A DNA stretch of 32,000 nucleotides from Kiritimatiella glycovorans (GCF_001017655.1 NZ_CP010904.1:2610001-2642000), one strand, 5' to 3'; positions 1 through 10,756 are shown, counted from the stretch's first letter. Numbers and translations are program-made. Notes: a model not told the origin generated them from the sequence alone.

Positions 1-241
1 GGTCACGAAGATCGTCGGCCCTGTTGACCGCGTCGTAACTTTTAAGCCTGACCTCCTTCGATGTGTCTGCCTCATGGCGACGTACACGCGGCTTGCGGAT
101 CTCCTCATCAATACCGTCAATTCGAAGTCCTACGCGGGTTCCGCCGGCACGTCGGCAGCCTCTGTCCCCTGCCGGCTTGTAGGCCGGACCACACAGTTCT
201 GTGACCTCTTCAGCCAGAATATCGGCGATCAGGGTTCGCAT
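1..241 (-). CDS. Transposase, N-terminal part only (gene runs off the left edge); possibly mutator/IS256-like
   Basis: Hand translation of the minus strand from ATG at 241-239 gives MRTLIADILAEEVTELCGPAYKPAGDRGCRRAGGTRVGLRIDGIDEEIRKPRVRRHEADTSKEVRLKSYDAV... with no stop to position 1. The E-E-V-x-E-L-x-G-P...R-x-G...PRVR...Y pattern recalls N-termini of some mutator-family transposases. Family assignment is from memory and the ORF is too truncated to verify. Confidence 0.35.
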   Translation of the reverse strand, partial: MRTLIADILAEEVTELCGPAYKPAGDRGCRRAGGTRVGLRIDGIDEEIRKPRVRRHEADTSKEVRLKSYDAVNRADDLRD

Positions 242-299
242 TTCACCACGCAGCCAGTCACGGAAAACATCTCCTGCTGCAGACGGTTCAACTCAGCAG

Positions 300-431
300 T
301 TCTCATTATGGCCGCATTCCGACCGCGGACGGCGTGGCAGCCGTCCCTCCCGAGTCGATATCCGACGCATTTTCGGGCACTGGGAGGGTCGGGTGCCACC
401 CCGACCGAAAAGGGTGAAGCCATAATGAGAA
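300..431. other. Structured inverted-repeat element (candidate ncRNA, IS leader or MITE-like unit)
   Basis: Perfect 13-bp inverted repeat ttctcattatggc (300-312) / gccataatgagaa (419-431) encloses two perfect 7-bp hairpins: 327-333/340-346 and 387-393/400-406. A further possible pairing is 347-351/382-386. No credible ORF. Confidence 0.35.
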
Positions 432-481
432 TCGCTGGGTTCAACTTGTCCACGGGCTTCAAGGACGCTATTGTCACTCAT

Positions 482-545
482 GGCGGTCTCCTTTCGGGTT
501 GGTTTGCCCCGAGCGTCCAACATGGACGCTCCTCAGGAGACCGCC
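482..545. other. Second nested stem-loop element
   Basis: Perfect 11-bp inverted repeat ggcggtctcct (482-492) / aggagaccgcc (535-545) encloses a perfect 8-bp hairpin gagcgtcc/ggacgctc (511-518/524-531, loop aacat). Confidence 0.35.
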
Positions 546-900
546 TTCAAGTTTCAACAGTCAACGGGACACTTCCTGGCGCACAGAACCGGCGCACAAC
601 TGATCACGCTGGACGACGATCTATTGAAGCTGCGATCCGAGTGTGCGTTTATATGTGCGCCGTGCGACATTACGTTTTCATGAATCGCCTCAGGAAATGA
701 ACTTCAGGGTTGCGCCGGATCGGTTACCGCGGCCCGCTGTCGCCCAGGACCTTCAACCGCACGGACTGGGAGGACGATCTGGAGCGTGTCGCACGCCGGG
801 GCGTGGAACGGATTCGTTCCCTGACCGGCGAACTCCGGATAGCGGAAAAAGTTCGCAGTAGGCCCGCAGACCCGCGCAGCGGGACCAGGGCCGTGATCTT

Positions 901-1000
901 TCACGTGCCTGGCCTGCCGGAGGCAGGCGTACGGCGCTACTACGAACGATATCACGCGCCTGGCCTGCCCGAGGGGCAGGCGTGCGGCGCTACTACGAAC
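901..1000. repeat. Two tandem ~50-bp repeats, each carrying a GC hairpin, directly downstream of ahcY
   Basis: Copy 1 is 901-947 and copy 2 is 952-1000, with a 51-nt period. Shared text is tcacgYgcctggcctgcc...ggcaggcgtRcggcgctactacgaac. Hairpins are 912-918/922-928 (7 bp, loop gga) and 963-970/974-981 (8 bp, loop gag). Confidence 0.8.
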
Positions 1001-1010
1001 TTATCTACGA

Positions 1011-2441
1011 TCAGTACCGATAGTGCGCCGGCTTGAACGGTCCGTTCTGCGGGATGCCGAGGTACTTCGCCTGCTTCTTATTGAGCTTGTCGGTCTCAAT
1101 GCCGAGTCGCTCGATATGAAGCCGCGCGACTTCCTCGTCGAGCAGTTTCGGGAGCGTGTACACATCCAGCTCATACTTGCCGGGATTGCAGTACAGTTCC
1201 ATCTGGGCGAGCACCTGGTTCGTGAAGCTGTTGGACATCACGAAGCTCGGATGGCCCGTGGCGCAGCCGAGGTTCATCAGCCGTCCCTGCGCGAGCAGGA
1301 TAATGCTCTTCTTGTTCGGGAAGGTGATCTTGTCGACCTGCGGCTTGATGTTCGTCCACTGGTACTTGTTCAGCTTCGCCACCTGGATCTCGCTGTCGAA
1401 GTGCCCGATGTTGCAGACGATCGCCATGTCTTTCATCCTGCGCATATGGCGCTCGGTGATCGCGTCGCAGCAGCCGGTGGCCGTCACGAAGATATCGCCG
1501 ATCTGAGAGGCCTCGTCCATCGGCATGACCTCGAAGCCTTCCATGGCCGCCTGCAGGGCGCAGATGGGATCGATCTCGGTCACGATCACGCGCGCACCCT
1601 GGCCGCGGAGCGACTGGGCGCTGCCCTTGCCGACATCCCCGTAGCCGGCCACGACGGCGACCTTGCCCGAGAGCATCACGTCGGTGGCCCGCATCAGGCC
1701 GTCGACCATCGAATGGCGGCAGCCGTAGAGATTGTCGAACTTCGACTTGGTGACCGAATCGTTGACGTTGAACGCGGGGAAGAGCAGTTCGCCCTTGTCG
1801 CGCATCTGGTAGAGGCGGTGGACGCCGGTGGTCGTCTCTTCGCTGACGCCGCGGATATTCTTCGCGGTGCGCGAGAAACGGTTCGGATCCTTCTTCAACG
1901 CCTTTTTGAGCTGGTTGTAGAGGACCTCTTCCTCTTCACTTCCGGGCTTCCTGTCGAGGATCGACGGATTCTGCTCGGCCTTGTAACCGAGGTGCATGAA
2001 GAGGGTCGCGTCGCCGCCGTCGTCGACGATCATGTTCGGTCCGCGTCCGTTGCCCCAGTCGAGGGCCCGGTCCGTGAACGCCCAGTATTCTTCCAGCGTC
2101 TCGCCCTTGTAGGCGAAAACCGGCGTGCCGGTGGCGGCCACCGCCGCGGCGGCGTGGTCCTGGGTCGAGTAGATGTTACAGCTCACCCAGCGGATCTGCG
2201 CGCCGAGCGCCTGAAGGGTCTCGATCAGCATGGCCGTCTGGATGGTCATGTGCAGCGAACCCATGACGCGCGCGCCCTTGAGCGGCTTCTCTTCGCCGTA
2301 CTTCTCCCGGAGGTTCATCAGTCCGGGCATCTCGTGCTCGGCGAGTTTCATCTCTTCCCGGCCGAAATCGGCCAGCGAGATATCGGCGACGTGGTAGTCG
2401 CCGCTTTTTGTATTTCTGCTTCGGGTCGTTTTTTTAGCCAT
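1011..2441 (-). CDS. ahcY: S-adenosyl-L-homocysteine hydrolase (adenosylhomocysteinase)
   Basis: ORF 1011..2516 trimmed to ATG at 2441 (MAKKTTRS...). The sequence is unmistakably AhcY: [18 protein letters not shown]-binding [20 protein letters not shown]-terminal KPxHYRY. Confidence 0.95.
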   Translation of the reverse strand: MAKKTTRSRNTKSGDYHVADISLADFGREEMKLAEHEMPGLMNLREKYGEEKPLKGARVMGSLHMTIQTAMLIETLQALGAQIRWVSCNIYSTQDHAAAAVAATGTPVFAYKGETLEEYWAFTDRALDWGNGRGPNMIVDDGGDATLFMHLGYKAEQNPSILDRKPGSEEEEVLYNQLKKALKKDPNRFSRTAKNIRGVSEETTTGVHRLYQMRDKGELLFPAFNVNDSVTKSKFDNLYGCRHSMVDGLMRATDVMLSGKVAVVAGYGDVGKGSAQSLRGQGARVIVTEIDPICALQAAMEGFEVMPMDEASQIGDIFVTATGCCDAITERHMRRMKDMAIVCNIGHFDSEIQVAKLNKYQWTNIKPQVDKITFPNKKSIILLAQGRLMNLGCATGHPSFVMSNSFTNQVLAQMELYCNPGKYELDVYTLPKLLDEEVARLHIERLGIETDKLNKKQAKYLGIPQNGPFKPAHYRY

Positions 2442-3408
2442 GTTCAGCTGTACTCCTGTAGGTTCCGTTCTCCGTTTCCTGCGACTGTTCCTTCCGCGCA
2501 ACGGCGAGAAGGACATCGATATCGGGGGTCATCCCCGAAATTCTTTCCATGCGGTCGGTGTCGAAGCCGGCGGCGGCGAACCACTCGCGCAGCTGGTCTT
2601 CTTCGAATCCGAGCCACTGGTCGGCCCATTCCTCGCGGGTCCACTCCTGTTCGTGGCGGGCGAGTTCGAGCAACACCAGCTTCCCGTCTTCCCGCAACAC
2701 GCGCGCGGCCTCCCCCAGCGCGGCGTCCGGACGCGCCGCATGATGCAGCGACTGGCTCACGAACACCGCATCGAGCGATCCGTCCTCCAGCGGGAGATGC
2801 TCCAGGTCGCCGATGCGTCCGGAGATCCGCTCTTCCACCCCGCGCTCGCGCGCACGCTGCTGGAAGACCTCCAGCATTTGAGGGGACATATCGACGGCGT
2901 AGACCCGTTCCGCGAACCGGGCCAGCAGCAGGGCCAGTTCGCCCTCGCCGCACCCGAGATCGGCCACGCGACATCCTTCGAATCCCACGGCGAGAGCCGC
3001 GGCCAGCGCCCGCCACCCGCCTCCGGGCTCGGTGAGCGTCTCGTAGCGTCCGGCGATCCGGTCGAAAAACTCGCGGCTGCGGTTGCGCCGCTGCTCCAGA
3101 ACCCTGCGGATGCGCTCGCGGTCGCCTTCGCCGCCGGCAAGCTCCGCCAGCCGCCGACCCATGAACTGCTCAAAGGCCTGGTCTTCGAACAGCGGCCCGC
3201 GCCGGTAGTAATTCGAAGTCCCGTCACGGCGCAGTTCAACGATCCCCGTCTCGCGCAAGGGTTTAAGGTGTCGGCTCACCGACGATTGGGGCATGTCGAG
3301 TACGGAGGTCAACTCCGCCACCGACAGTTCCGCAATCCCCAGCGACCGCACCATGCGCAAACGCGCCTCGTCCGCCAAAGCCCTGAATATGTCCAGTGAT
3401 TCCGTCAT
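2434..3408 (-). CDS. sahR: ArsR-family HTH regulator fused to a SAM-dependent methyltransferase-like domain (SahR-type SAH-responsive regulator)
   Basis: The N-terminus [47 protein letters not shown] is an ArsR/SmtB winged HTH. The C-terminal half has methyltransferase motif I ([12 protein letters not shown]). The gene overlaps ahcY by 8 nt, which is the genomic context described for SahR. The symbol rests on architecture and context, not on a search. Confidence 0.65.
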   Translation of the reverse strand: MTESLDIFRALADEARLRMVRSLGIAELSVAELTSVLDMPQSSVSRHLKPLRETGIVELRRDGTSNYYRRGPLFEDQAFEQFMGRRLAELAGGEGDRERIRRVLEQRRNRSREFFDRIAGRYETLTEPGGGWRALAAALAVGFEGCRVADLGCGEGELALLLARFAERVYAVDMSPQMLEVFQQRARERGVEERISGRIGDLEHLPLEDGSLDAVFVSQSLHHAARPDAALGEAARVLREDGKLVLLELARHEQEWTREEWADQWLGFEEDQLREWFAAAGFDTDRMERISGMTPDIDVLLAVARKEQSQETENGTYRSTAEHG

Positions 3409-3430
3409 ATATCCGTATATTCGGATATAT
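3407..3430. promoter_or_regulatory. Perfect 9-6-9 palindrome (candidate SahR/ArsR operator) overlapping the regulator's start codon
   Basis: atatatccg (3407-3415), tatatt spacer, cggatatat (3422-3430). A TATATT -10-like box lies on the minus strand at 3437-3432, just upstream. There is no Shine-Dalgarno sequence between it and ATG 3408. Confidence 0.5.
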
Positions 3431-3614
3431 TAATATAGCGCCGGACGAATGAATGCAAGGGGAAAGTGGCGAAGCAGGATGAAGCAGGATGTAGAGGGGC
3501 GGGAAGCAGAAAAAGGAAAGAGATAAACCGTGAAGAAGGGAAAGGCATGAAGGCTGATCGGTGACAAAGCCGGGCACGAGTAAGATTATCTCTGCCAGTT
3601 TGGGCGACCCTGAT

Positions 3615-3640
3615 TCCTGCGGGGGTGCTCCCCCGCAGGA
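3615..3640 (-). terminator. GC-rich hairpin downstream of the rubredoxin-like gene (possible terminator, no U-tract)
   Basis: 11-bp perfect stem tcctgcggggg/cccccgcagga with a tgct loop, about 20 nt past the stop at 3660. No T-run follows on the minus strand. Confidence 0.3.
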
Positions 3641-3659
3641 CAGGGTCGGCGTCGTCCGG

Positions 3660-3995
3660 TCAGCCCCACTTCTTCTTGCCGACGTGCACTTCGATTTCGG
3701 CCATCGACATCTTCATCATTTCCCAGCACATCTCGCGGGTTTTCGTAAAGACGCCGACGCAGCCCGGATCGAGATTATCCTCGATGCCGTCGTTGCAGCA
3801 GTATTCGATCTGGCGGGCGAGATCGATCAGCCGGGCGTGCTGCGCGTTCGAGTGGCGTGCACGCTCGATCTTACTCGCAGTCTCGTCGTCGAGTTCTTCG
3901 AACTTTTCCTTCTTCGCACCGCAGCGCGGGCACGTTTCGGGCGGCTCTTCACCGTCGTGGATGTACCCGCAGACCTGACATTTCCATTTCTTCAT
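3660..3995 (-). CDS. Rubredoxin-like zinc-ribbon protein with a C-terminal helical domain
   Basis: N-terminus [33 protein letters not shown] carries CxxC...CxxC rubredoxin-type knuckles. The remaining ~75 aa are unassigned. Confidence 0.6.
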   Translation of the reverse strand: MKKWKCQVCGYIHDGEEPPETCPRCGAKKEKFEELDDETASKIERARHSNAQHARLIDLARQIEYCCNDGIEDNLDPGCVGVFTKTREMCWEMMKMSMAEIEVHVGKKKWG

Positions 3996-4144
3996 CTTCG
4001 CATCCCCTTTCGTTTTGATGCCGTACGCTCGATGGGTCGTATTCTAGCAGGATCCCTGACGTTCTCAAGTTAAGTCCGTGTTCATCGGTCGCATTTCGAT
4101 TGCCTTCTTGCACGGAAACGGCGGACGGCCTAGCCTTGGCGACG

Positions 4145-4942
4145 ATGGAACTGCAATCTTTCATAGAGACGATGGAGCGCCTCGCCCCGCCCGAACTCGC
4201 GGAACCGTGGGACCACACCGGGCTGCTGCTGCGGCCTTTATCGCCCCGCGACGTGAGCACCGTACTGCTGACGATCGACCTCACCCGCGAGGTGGCGGAA
4301 GAGGCGGTGGCGAAGGAGGCTCAGGCGGTCGTAAGCTATCACCCCGTCCTGTTCGGCGGAACGCATCGGCTGGACGCGCGCGATCCGCAACTCGCGGCGG
4401 TGATGACGCTGGTGAAACACGAGGTCGCGCTCTACTCGCCGCACACCGCCCTCGACGCCGTCCGCGGCGGCACAAACGACTGGCTGGCCGGGGGGATCGG
4501 GAAAGGCGCGGCCGAGGTCCTGCGGCCCTCGGCGGCGGACCCGGACCACGGCATGGGACGCCGCATAGAGCTGGAATCCGGCACACGACCCGGCGACCTG
4601 GCCGCACGGCTTCGGGACTTCCTGGGTATCGATGCCGTCCACATCGCCTCTCCCTCCGCTAATCCGCTCTGCCGCACGGCCGCGATCTGCGTCGGCGCGG
4701 GTGCGGACGTGCTGCTCGACGCCGACGCGGATGTCCTGATCACCGGTGAGATGAAGCACCACGACCTGCTGGCCGCCACGGGCCGCGGCAAGGCCGTACT
4801 CCTGTGCGGCCACACCGAAACCGAGCGCGGCTACCTCAAAGTCCTCGCGCGTAAGTTGCGGCGCGCCTTCGGCCCCTTGGTTCGCGTACTCCGCTCACGC
4901 CGTGACCGCCCGCCCGGACGGTGGGAGGGGAAAGGGCTGTAG
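4145..4942 (+). CDS. NIF3-family dinuclear metal centre protein (GTP cyclohydrolase 1 type 2 homolog)
   Basis: ORF 4100..4942 trimmed to ATG 4145 ([27 protein letters not shown]...). NIF3/YbgI hallmarks: AxxWDxxGL at the N-terminus, VVSYHP, and ITGEMKHHD...GHTETER near the C-terminus. Confidence 0.85.
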   Translation: MELQSFIETMERLAPPELAEPWDHTGLLLRPLSPRDVSTVLLTIDLTREVAEEAVAKEAQAVVSYHPVLFGGTHRLDARDPQLAAVMTLVKHEVALYSPHTALDAVRGGTNDWLAGGIGKGAAEVLRPSAADPDHGMGRRIELESGTRPGDLAARLRDFLGIDAVHIASPSANPLCRTAAICVGAGADVLLDADADVLITGEMKHHDLLAATGRGKAVLLCGHTETERGYLKVLARKLRRAFGPLVRVLRSRRDRPPGRWEGKGL

Positions 4943-5081
4943 GAGATTCCCTGCATCGGCGATACGCAAAAGGGAAACTCCCGCCTCTTCCCCCAACAAC
5001 TCAACAACCCAACAACCCTTCTCCCTAATCTTCCTCCCGCGCGCTTGGCAATCGCGCAAAATCGCTTATGCTGGTCGCTTT

Positions 5082-7640
<2,559 letters not shown>

Positions 7641-7752
7641 GGAGGGAGATGCTGCGAAAATGGAATTCACCATGAAGGGAGGAAGAGCATGAAGCGGATT
7701 CTAATCATGAACACACTTCCGGGTCTTTCGCTCCTCATGGTTTAATATCCGC

Positions 7753-7956
7753 ATGACTCTCCTGCTGAAATGGTGGCGGCTCGCGCTCTGCCCCTGGTTC
7801 GAACTCACACCGCGCGAGCGGAAACTGGTCGCGACGATTCTGGCGCTGGCCCTGCTGGGCCTGCTCGTGCGCGAATTCCGCCACCAGCCCCCACCCCATC
7901 GTCTCCGGAGTCCGGAGTCCGGCGCCACCCCCCATCAACCACCAACAAGCAACTAG
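7753..7956 (+). CDS. Hypothetical small membrane protein
   Basis: 67-aa ORF with one hydrophobic helix (LVATILALALLGLLV) and a Pro-rich tail. It has no SD and no recognisable domain. It is the only non-shadow ORF in the 330-bp leuS-HIT gap. Confidence 0.25.
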   Translation: MTLLLKWWRLALCPWFELTPRERKLVATILALALLGLLVREFRHQPPPHRLRSPESGATPHQPPTSN

Positions 7957-7972
7957 ACCCAGGAGGGCCCTC

Positions 7973-8389
7973 ATGGAAGACTGCATATTCTGCAGGATCG
8001 TACGGAGAGAGATCCCGGCGGAAATCGTCTGGGAGGACGAAGCGCTGCTCGCCTTTATGGACATCGGCCCGATCATCAGGGGACATACACTGGTGATCCC
8101 CAAAGTCCACCACGACCCGATTGAAGATACGCCGGACGAGATCGTCGCCGCGCTGTTCCGGTCGGCCAAGCGCATAGCCGCCGCGCAGCGCGAATCGCTC
8201 GGCGCCGAGGGAATCAACATTATTCAGAACAACGGGCGCTGCTCCGGGCAGGCCGTATTTCATATCCACGTCCATGTGATCCCCCGCTACAGCGATGACG
8301 GGCATCACTGGAACTGGGATGCGAAGAGCTACGGCGATCCCTCCGAGATGGCGGATCTCGCCGATAAGATCCGCGGCGCGCTCGCCTGA
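7973..8389 (+). CDS. HIT-family (histidine triad) nucleotide hydrolase
   Basis: CIFCRI N-terminus and the histidine triad HIHVHVIPR. AGGAGG Shine-Dalgarno lies 7 nt upstream of the ATG. Confidence 0.9.
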   Translation: MEDCIFCRIVRREIPAEIVWEDEALLAFMDIGPIIRGHTLVIPKVHHDPIEDTPDEIVAALFRSAKRIAAAQRESLGAEGINIIQNNGRCSGQAVFHIHVHVIPRYSDDGHHWNWDAKSYGDPSEMADLADKIRGALA

Positions 8390-8586
8390 AGATTGTGCGT
8401 TGTGGGGCGTGAAATGTGGTTGGTGTTTTGTAGGTTGTGGGTTGCGGGATGTGAAGTGACCAATCACCCTGTCTCGAAGAATGACCCTCTGCACCTCTGC
8501 GGGAGAATCGACACGGATTCCAACGACCTCATGCTACGGCGGCTGGTCGCCGCCGCAGATGGCCACGTTCGAAAATGGCGAAGGAG

Positions 8587-8601
8587 ACCGGCGAATGCCC
8601 C
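8587..8601. repeat. Left copy of the 15-bp direct repeat flanking the IS30-family element
   Basis: accggcgaatgcccc is identical to 9811-9825. The flanks diverge immediately on both sides of the repeat. Confidence 0.85.
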
Positions 8602-9810
8602 GGTAGGTTGTAAACCCAAATGCCGCATGTAGTGGTCTTGTTTCATTTATGAGATCGTTTTGAGTTCGTTCGTGAAGAGTTCGTGAGGGGTCATGAAGTC
8701 GAGGATCCGGCGCGGGTAGTTATTGATCCATAGCTCGATGTCGCGGATTTTCTGCTTGGTAAAGCGCGCGATATCCCGGCCCTTGGCCACGAACCGTCTG
8801 ATCATCCTGTTGCCGTTCTCGTTCGATCCGCGTTCCCAGGATGAGTATGGGTGGGCGTAGAAGATCTGGGTTCGCTGTTGCTTCGAGAAGGAAGAGGCTT
8901 CTAAGGCTTCGAAGTCCAGGAACTCGCTGCCGTTGTCGACCGTGATGGTCTTGAAAATCTGACGGAAGCAGCGGGAGCCATGTTCACGCTCGAGCCCTCT
9001 GAGAACTTTGAGCACGCTGGCTTGGCTCTTATCAGGCAGCTTGCGAATGATCGTGATCCGATGTCTGCGTTCCACCAGGGTCAATAGGGCGGCATTGGAC
9101 CCGCGCGTGGGGCCGGTCACCAGGTCCATCTCCCAGTGTCCGAACTCCTCGCGCGTCTCGGCTCCTTCGGGACGCTGGTCGATGCTTTTGCCTTTGGAAA
9201 TCCGCTTCGCCAACCGCCGAGCGCCGCGTTTGCGCCGCTTGGCTCGCTTACGCTTCTCCCACAGTGACTCGTTGCTGAGCCCGAAAATGACGCCTTTATC
9301 GATGTAGTTATAGATCGTCTTGGTGCACACCACCTCCTCCAGACCGGCCTGACGCATCCGAAAGGCGACTACATCGGGCGATTCCTTATGTTCCACAATG
9401 CGGCAACGGATGAATTCGGCCAGCGCATAGTTGCGGCCCAGCCTCAGACCGGGCCCCCTTGCGGTGGCGTGGTAATCATGGAGGTCCTGGCCGCGATCGC
9501 TGCTGTAGGTCCGGTATTCCCGCCACTCCGAGTCCCGGTGGGTCACCGTCCCGCGCTTGAGCTCACGCTGGATCGTACGCGGGTGACGCTCCAAGGCGGC
9601 CGCGATGTCCCGTGGGGGGATCCCCCCACGGGACATCCGCTCAATCACCATGCGCTCCACCCTCGTCAAGTGCTTGCCCTTCCTGCTATTCTGATTCTGT
9701 TCCATGCCGTCTCCTTCCTCTGTTGTCCTGTTGTAAGACCACAAAGGATAGCGAACCACGGCATGGAACGCTCTCTCCTATACCTGCGGCATTTCACATT
9801 ACACTTCTCA
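8602..9810 (-). mobile_element. IS30-family insertion sequence (1209 bp) with imperfect terminal inverted repeats
   Basis: Single DDE transposase ORF. The left end ggtaggttgtaaacccaaatgccgcatgta (8602-8631) matches the reverse complement of 9781-9810 (tgagaagtgtaatgtgaaatgccgcaggta) at 19/30 positions, including a perfect aaatgccgca core. It is bounded by the 15-bp direct repeat. Confidence 0.8.
8647..9705 (-). CDS. IS30-family DDE transposase
   Basis: ORF 8647..9759 trimmed to ATG 9705 (MEQNQNSRKGKHLT...), preceded by a GGAAGGAGA SD. It has an N-terminal HTH (RDIAAALERHPRTIQRELKRG) and catalytic-region motifs HWEMDLV, TVDNGSEF and YAHPYSSWERGSNENGNRMIRRF. Confidence 0.93.
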   Translation of the reverse strand: MEQNQNSRKGKHLTRVERMVIERMSRGGIPPRDIAAALERHPRTIQRELKRGTVTHRDSEWREYRTYSSDRGQDLHDYHATARGPGLRLGRNYALAEFIRCRIVEHKESPDVVAFRMRQAGLEEVVCTKTIYNYIDKGVIFGLSNESLWEKRKRAKRRKRGARRLAKRISKGKSIDQRPEGAETREEFGHWEMDLVTGPTRGSNAALLTLVERRHRITIIRKLPDKSQASVLKVLRGLEREHGSRCFRQIFKTITVDNGSEFLDFEALEASSFSKQQRTQIFYAHPYSSWERGSNENGNRMIRRFVAKGRDIARFTKQKIRDIELWINNYPRRILDFMTPHELFTNELKTIS

Positions 9811-9825
9811 ACCGGCGAATGCCCC
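9811..9825. repeat. Right copy of the 15-bp direct repeat flanking the IS30-family element
   Basis: accggcgaatgcccc is identical to 8587-8601. Confidence 0.85.
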
Positions 9826-9947
9826 ACTTTTTCTGCTTGCCGTTTCCCCTGGGAGTCTGTATTCATGTCGGGGTTTTTTGAAGCGCGCTCCGTAGCTATA
9901 CATTGGGATATGGAATTGTGCTGTGGGCCAGCAGAAGGAAGATCGAA

Positions 9948-10166
9948 ATGGATATGGATTTTAATAATATGGGGTTTTCCGTGCCGCAATCAAACACGCT
10001 GTCCGGATTCGGCAGTGCAATTTCCGTAGGTGGCAATTACTACCGATTCGATCAATCGACGCCCCGGAGGCTGACCGACATGTCCGCCCTGCATTCTGAC
10101 TGGAAGGCTGTCGGCAACGATTTCTCCTCCTGCATGTCGTCTCTCCCAGCCGGTTTTCGCCGATAA
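9948..10166 (+). CDS. Hypothetical small protein in the lower-G+C islet
   Basis: ORF 9903..10166 trimmed to ATG 9948 (MDMDFNNMGF...), preceded by AAGGAAG. No recognisable domain. Confidence 0.25.
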   Translation: MDMDFNNMGFSVPQSNTLSGFGSAISVGGNYYRFDQSTPRRLTDMSALHSDWKAVGNDFSSCMSSLPAGFRR

Positions 10167-10192
10167 TGAATATGGCTGAGTGGAAGCTCTAG

Positions 10193-10756
10193 ATGACAGA
10201 AGAGCCGAGAGAAGAACCGCCGCAGCCTGTTGATGCTGACGATTCGTCTTCCGCAGACGGTGAGAACTTAGAAGATCCTTGCTCCCAAGTTCTTGCACGT
10301 CTCGAGATCGAAGCGCCAGAAATTCTCTCTGGTTTGCCCAAGGAGCAGCGGGTATAGCTGCTTCACATCGTCACATCACATATGGTGATGAAGAGCCATC
10401 GCGGTCCGCTACCACCACCGGAAGATATAGCGCTCTACAATCGGCATATCACGAATGGGGCCGACAGAATTATGTCAATGGCCGAGAAACAGTCAGACCA
10501 TCGACGCAACATGGAACGGATAATTGTAACGAGTCAGACTTCCCAGAGCGGACGCAGCCAGTTGTTCGGCCTTCTCATAGGCCTGTTCGGGATCACTGCC
10601 GGTGCAATTGTTGCCACCATGGGTCACGACTGGGTTGGAGGCGGAATCGCGGGGACAACTGTAGTCAGTCTCGTATATGCTTTCATCACAGGACAACGAT
10701 CTCAGCGCCCGTCAAGCGACAAGTCTCCCTCTCCGCCTTCGTCTTCTCAAAATTAG
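10193..10756 (+). pseudogene. DUF2335-type membrane protein gene interrupted by an in-frame TAG (10355-10357)
   Basis: The downstream ORF 10382..10756 has GPLPPPEDIALYNRHITNGADRIMSMAEKQSDHRRNME plus two TM helices, as I recall for DUF2335. Upstream, ATG 10193 opens the same frame (MTEEPREEPPQPVDADDSSSADGENLEDPCSQVLARLEIEAPEILSGLPKEQRV) and stops at TAG, 8 codons before the downstream ATG. Confidence 0.55.

Noticed and set aside
380-600. RNase P RNA-like fragments: GGGTGCCA (392-399), AAGGGTGAA (410-418), ACAGAACCGGC (583-593).
   Set aside because: The universally conserved P4 5' strand (GAGGAAAGUCC) is absent on either strand, and the spacing does not fit the RNase P architecture. These are probably chance matches.
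643-666. Three GTGCG motifs resembling a group II intron 5' end.
   Set aside because: No domain V-like hairpin, no intron-encoded reverse transcriptase, and only ~350 nt before ahcY begins on the opposite strand.
710-1036. 108-aa plus-strand ORF (TTG start) spanning the tandem hairpin repeats.
   Set aside because: It runs through the duplicated hairpin units and into the ahcY 3' end. It has no SD and no recognisable domain, and an open frame here is expected by chance at this G+C.
1023-3035. 670-aa plus-strand ORF. Similar very long ORFs are 5025..6350(-), 6357..7673(-), 14483..15637(+), 15673..17226(+), 17898..18750-type frames, 20187..21044(+), 21514..22560(+), 22864..24450(+) and 27044..28504(+).
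   Set aside because: Each lies antisense to a gene with unmistakable family signatures (ahcY, leuS, pilM, prfB, TPR, ttpC-like and so on). Their translations are Arg/Ala/Gly/Pro/His-rich with no recognisable motifs. These are the classic shadow ORFs of high-G+C DNA.
3409-3560. Possible SAH/SAM riboswitch controlling ahcY.
   Set aside because: ahcY overlaps the upstream regulator gene, so it has no leader of its own. The region upstream of the regulator is a pyrimidine-rich, unstructured tract on the transcribed strand. A protein (SahR-like) operator explains the regulation better.
7689-7745. 18-codon micro-ORF MKRILIMNTLPGLSLLMV with a strong GGGAGGAAGAG Shine-Dalgarno sequence just after leuS.
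   Set aside because: It is too short to support from sequence alone and has no recognisable family. It may be a chance ORF or a remnant signal peptide. It is worth a look only if ribosome profiling data exist.
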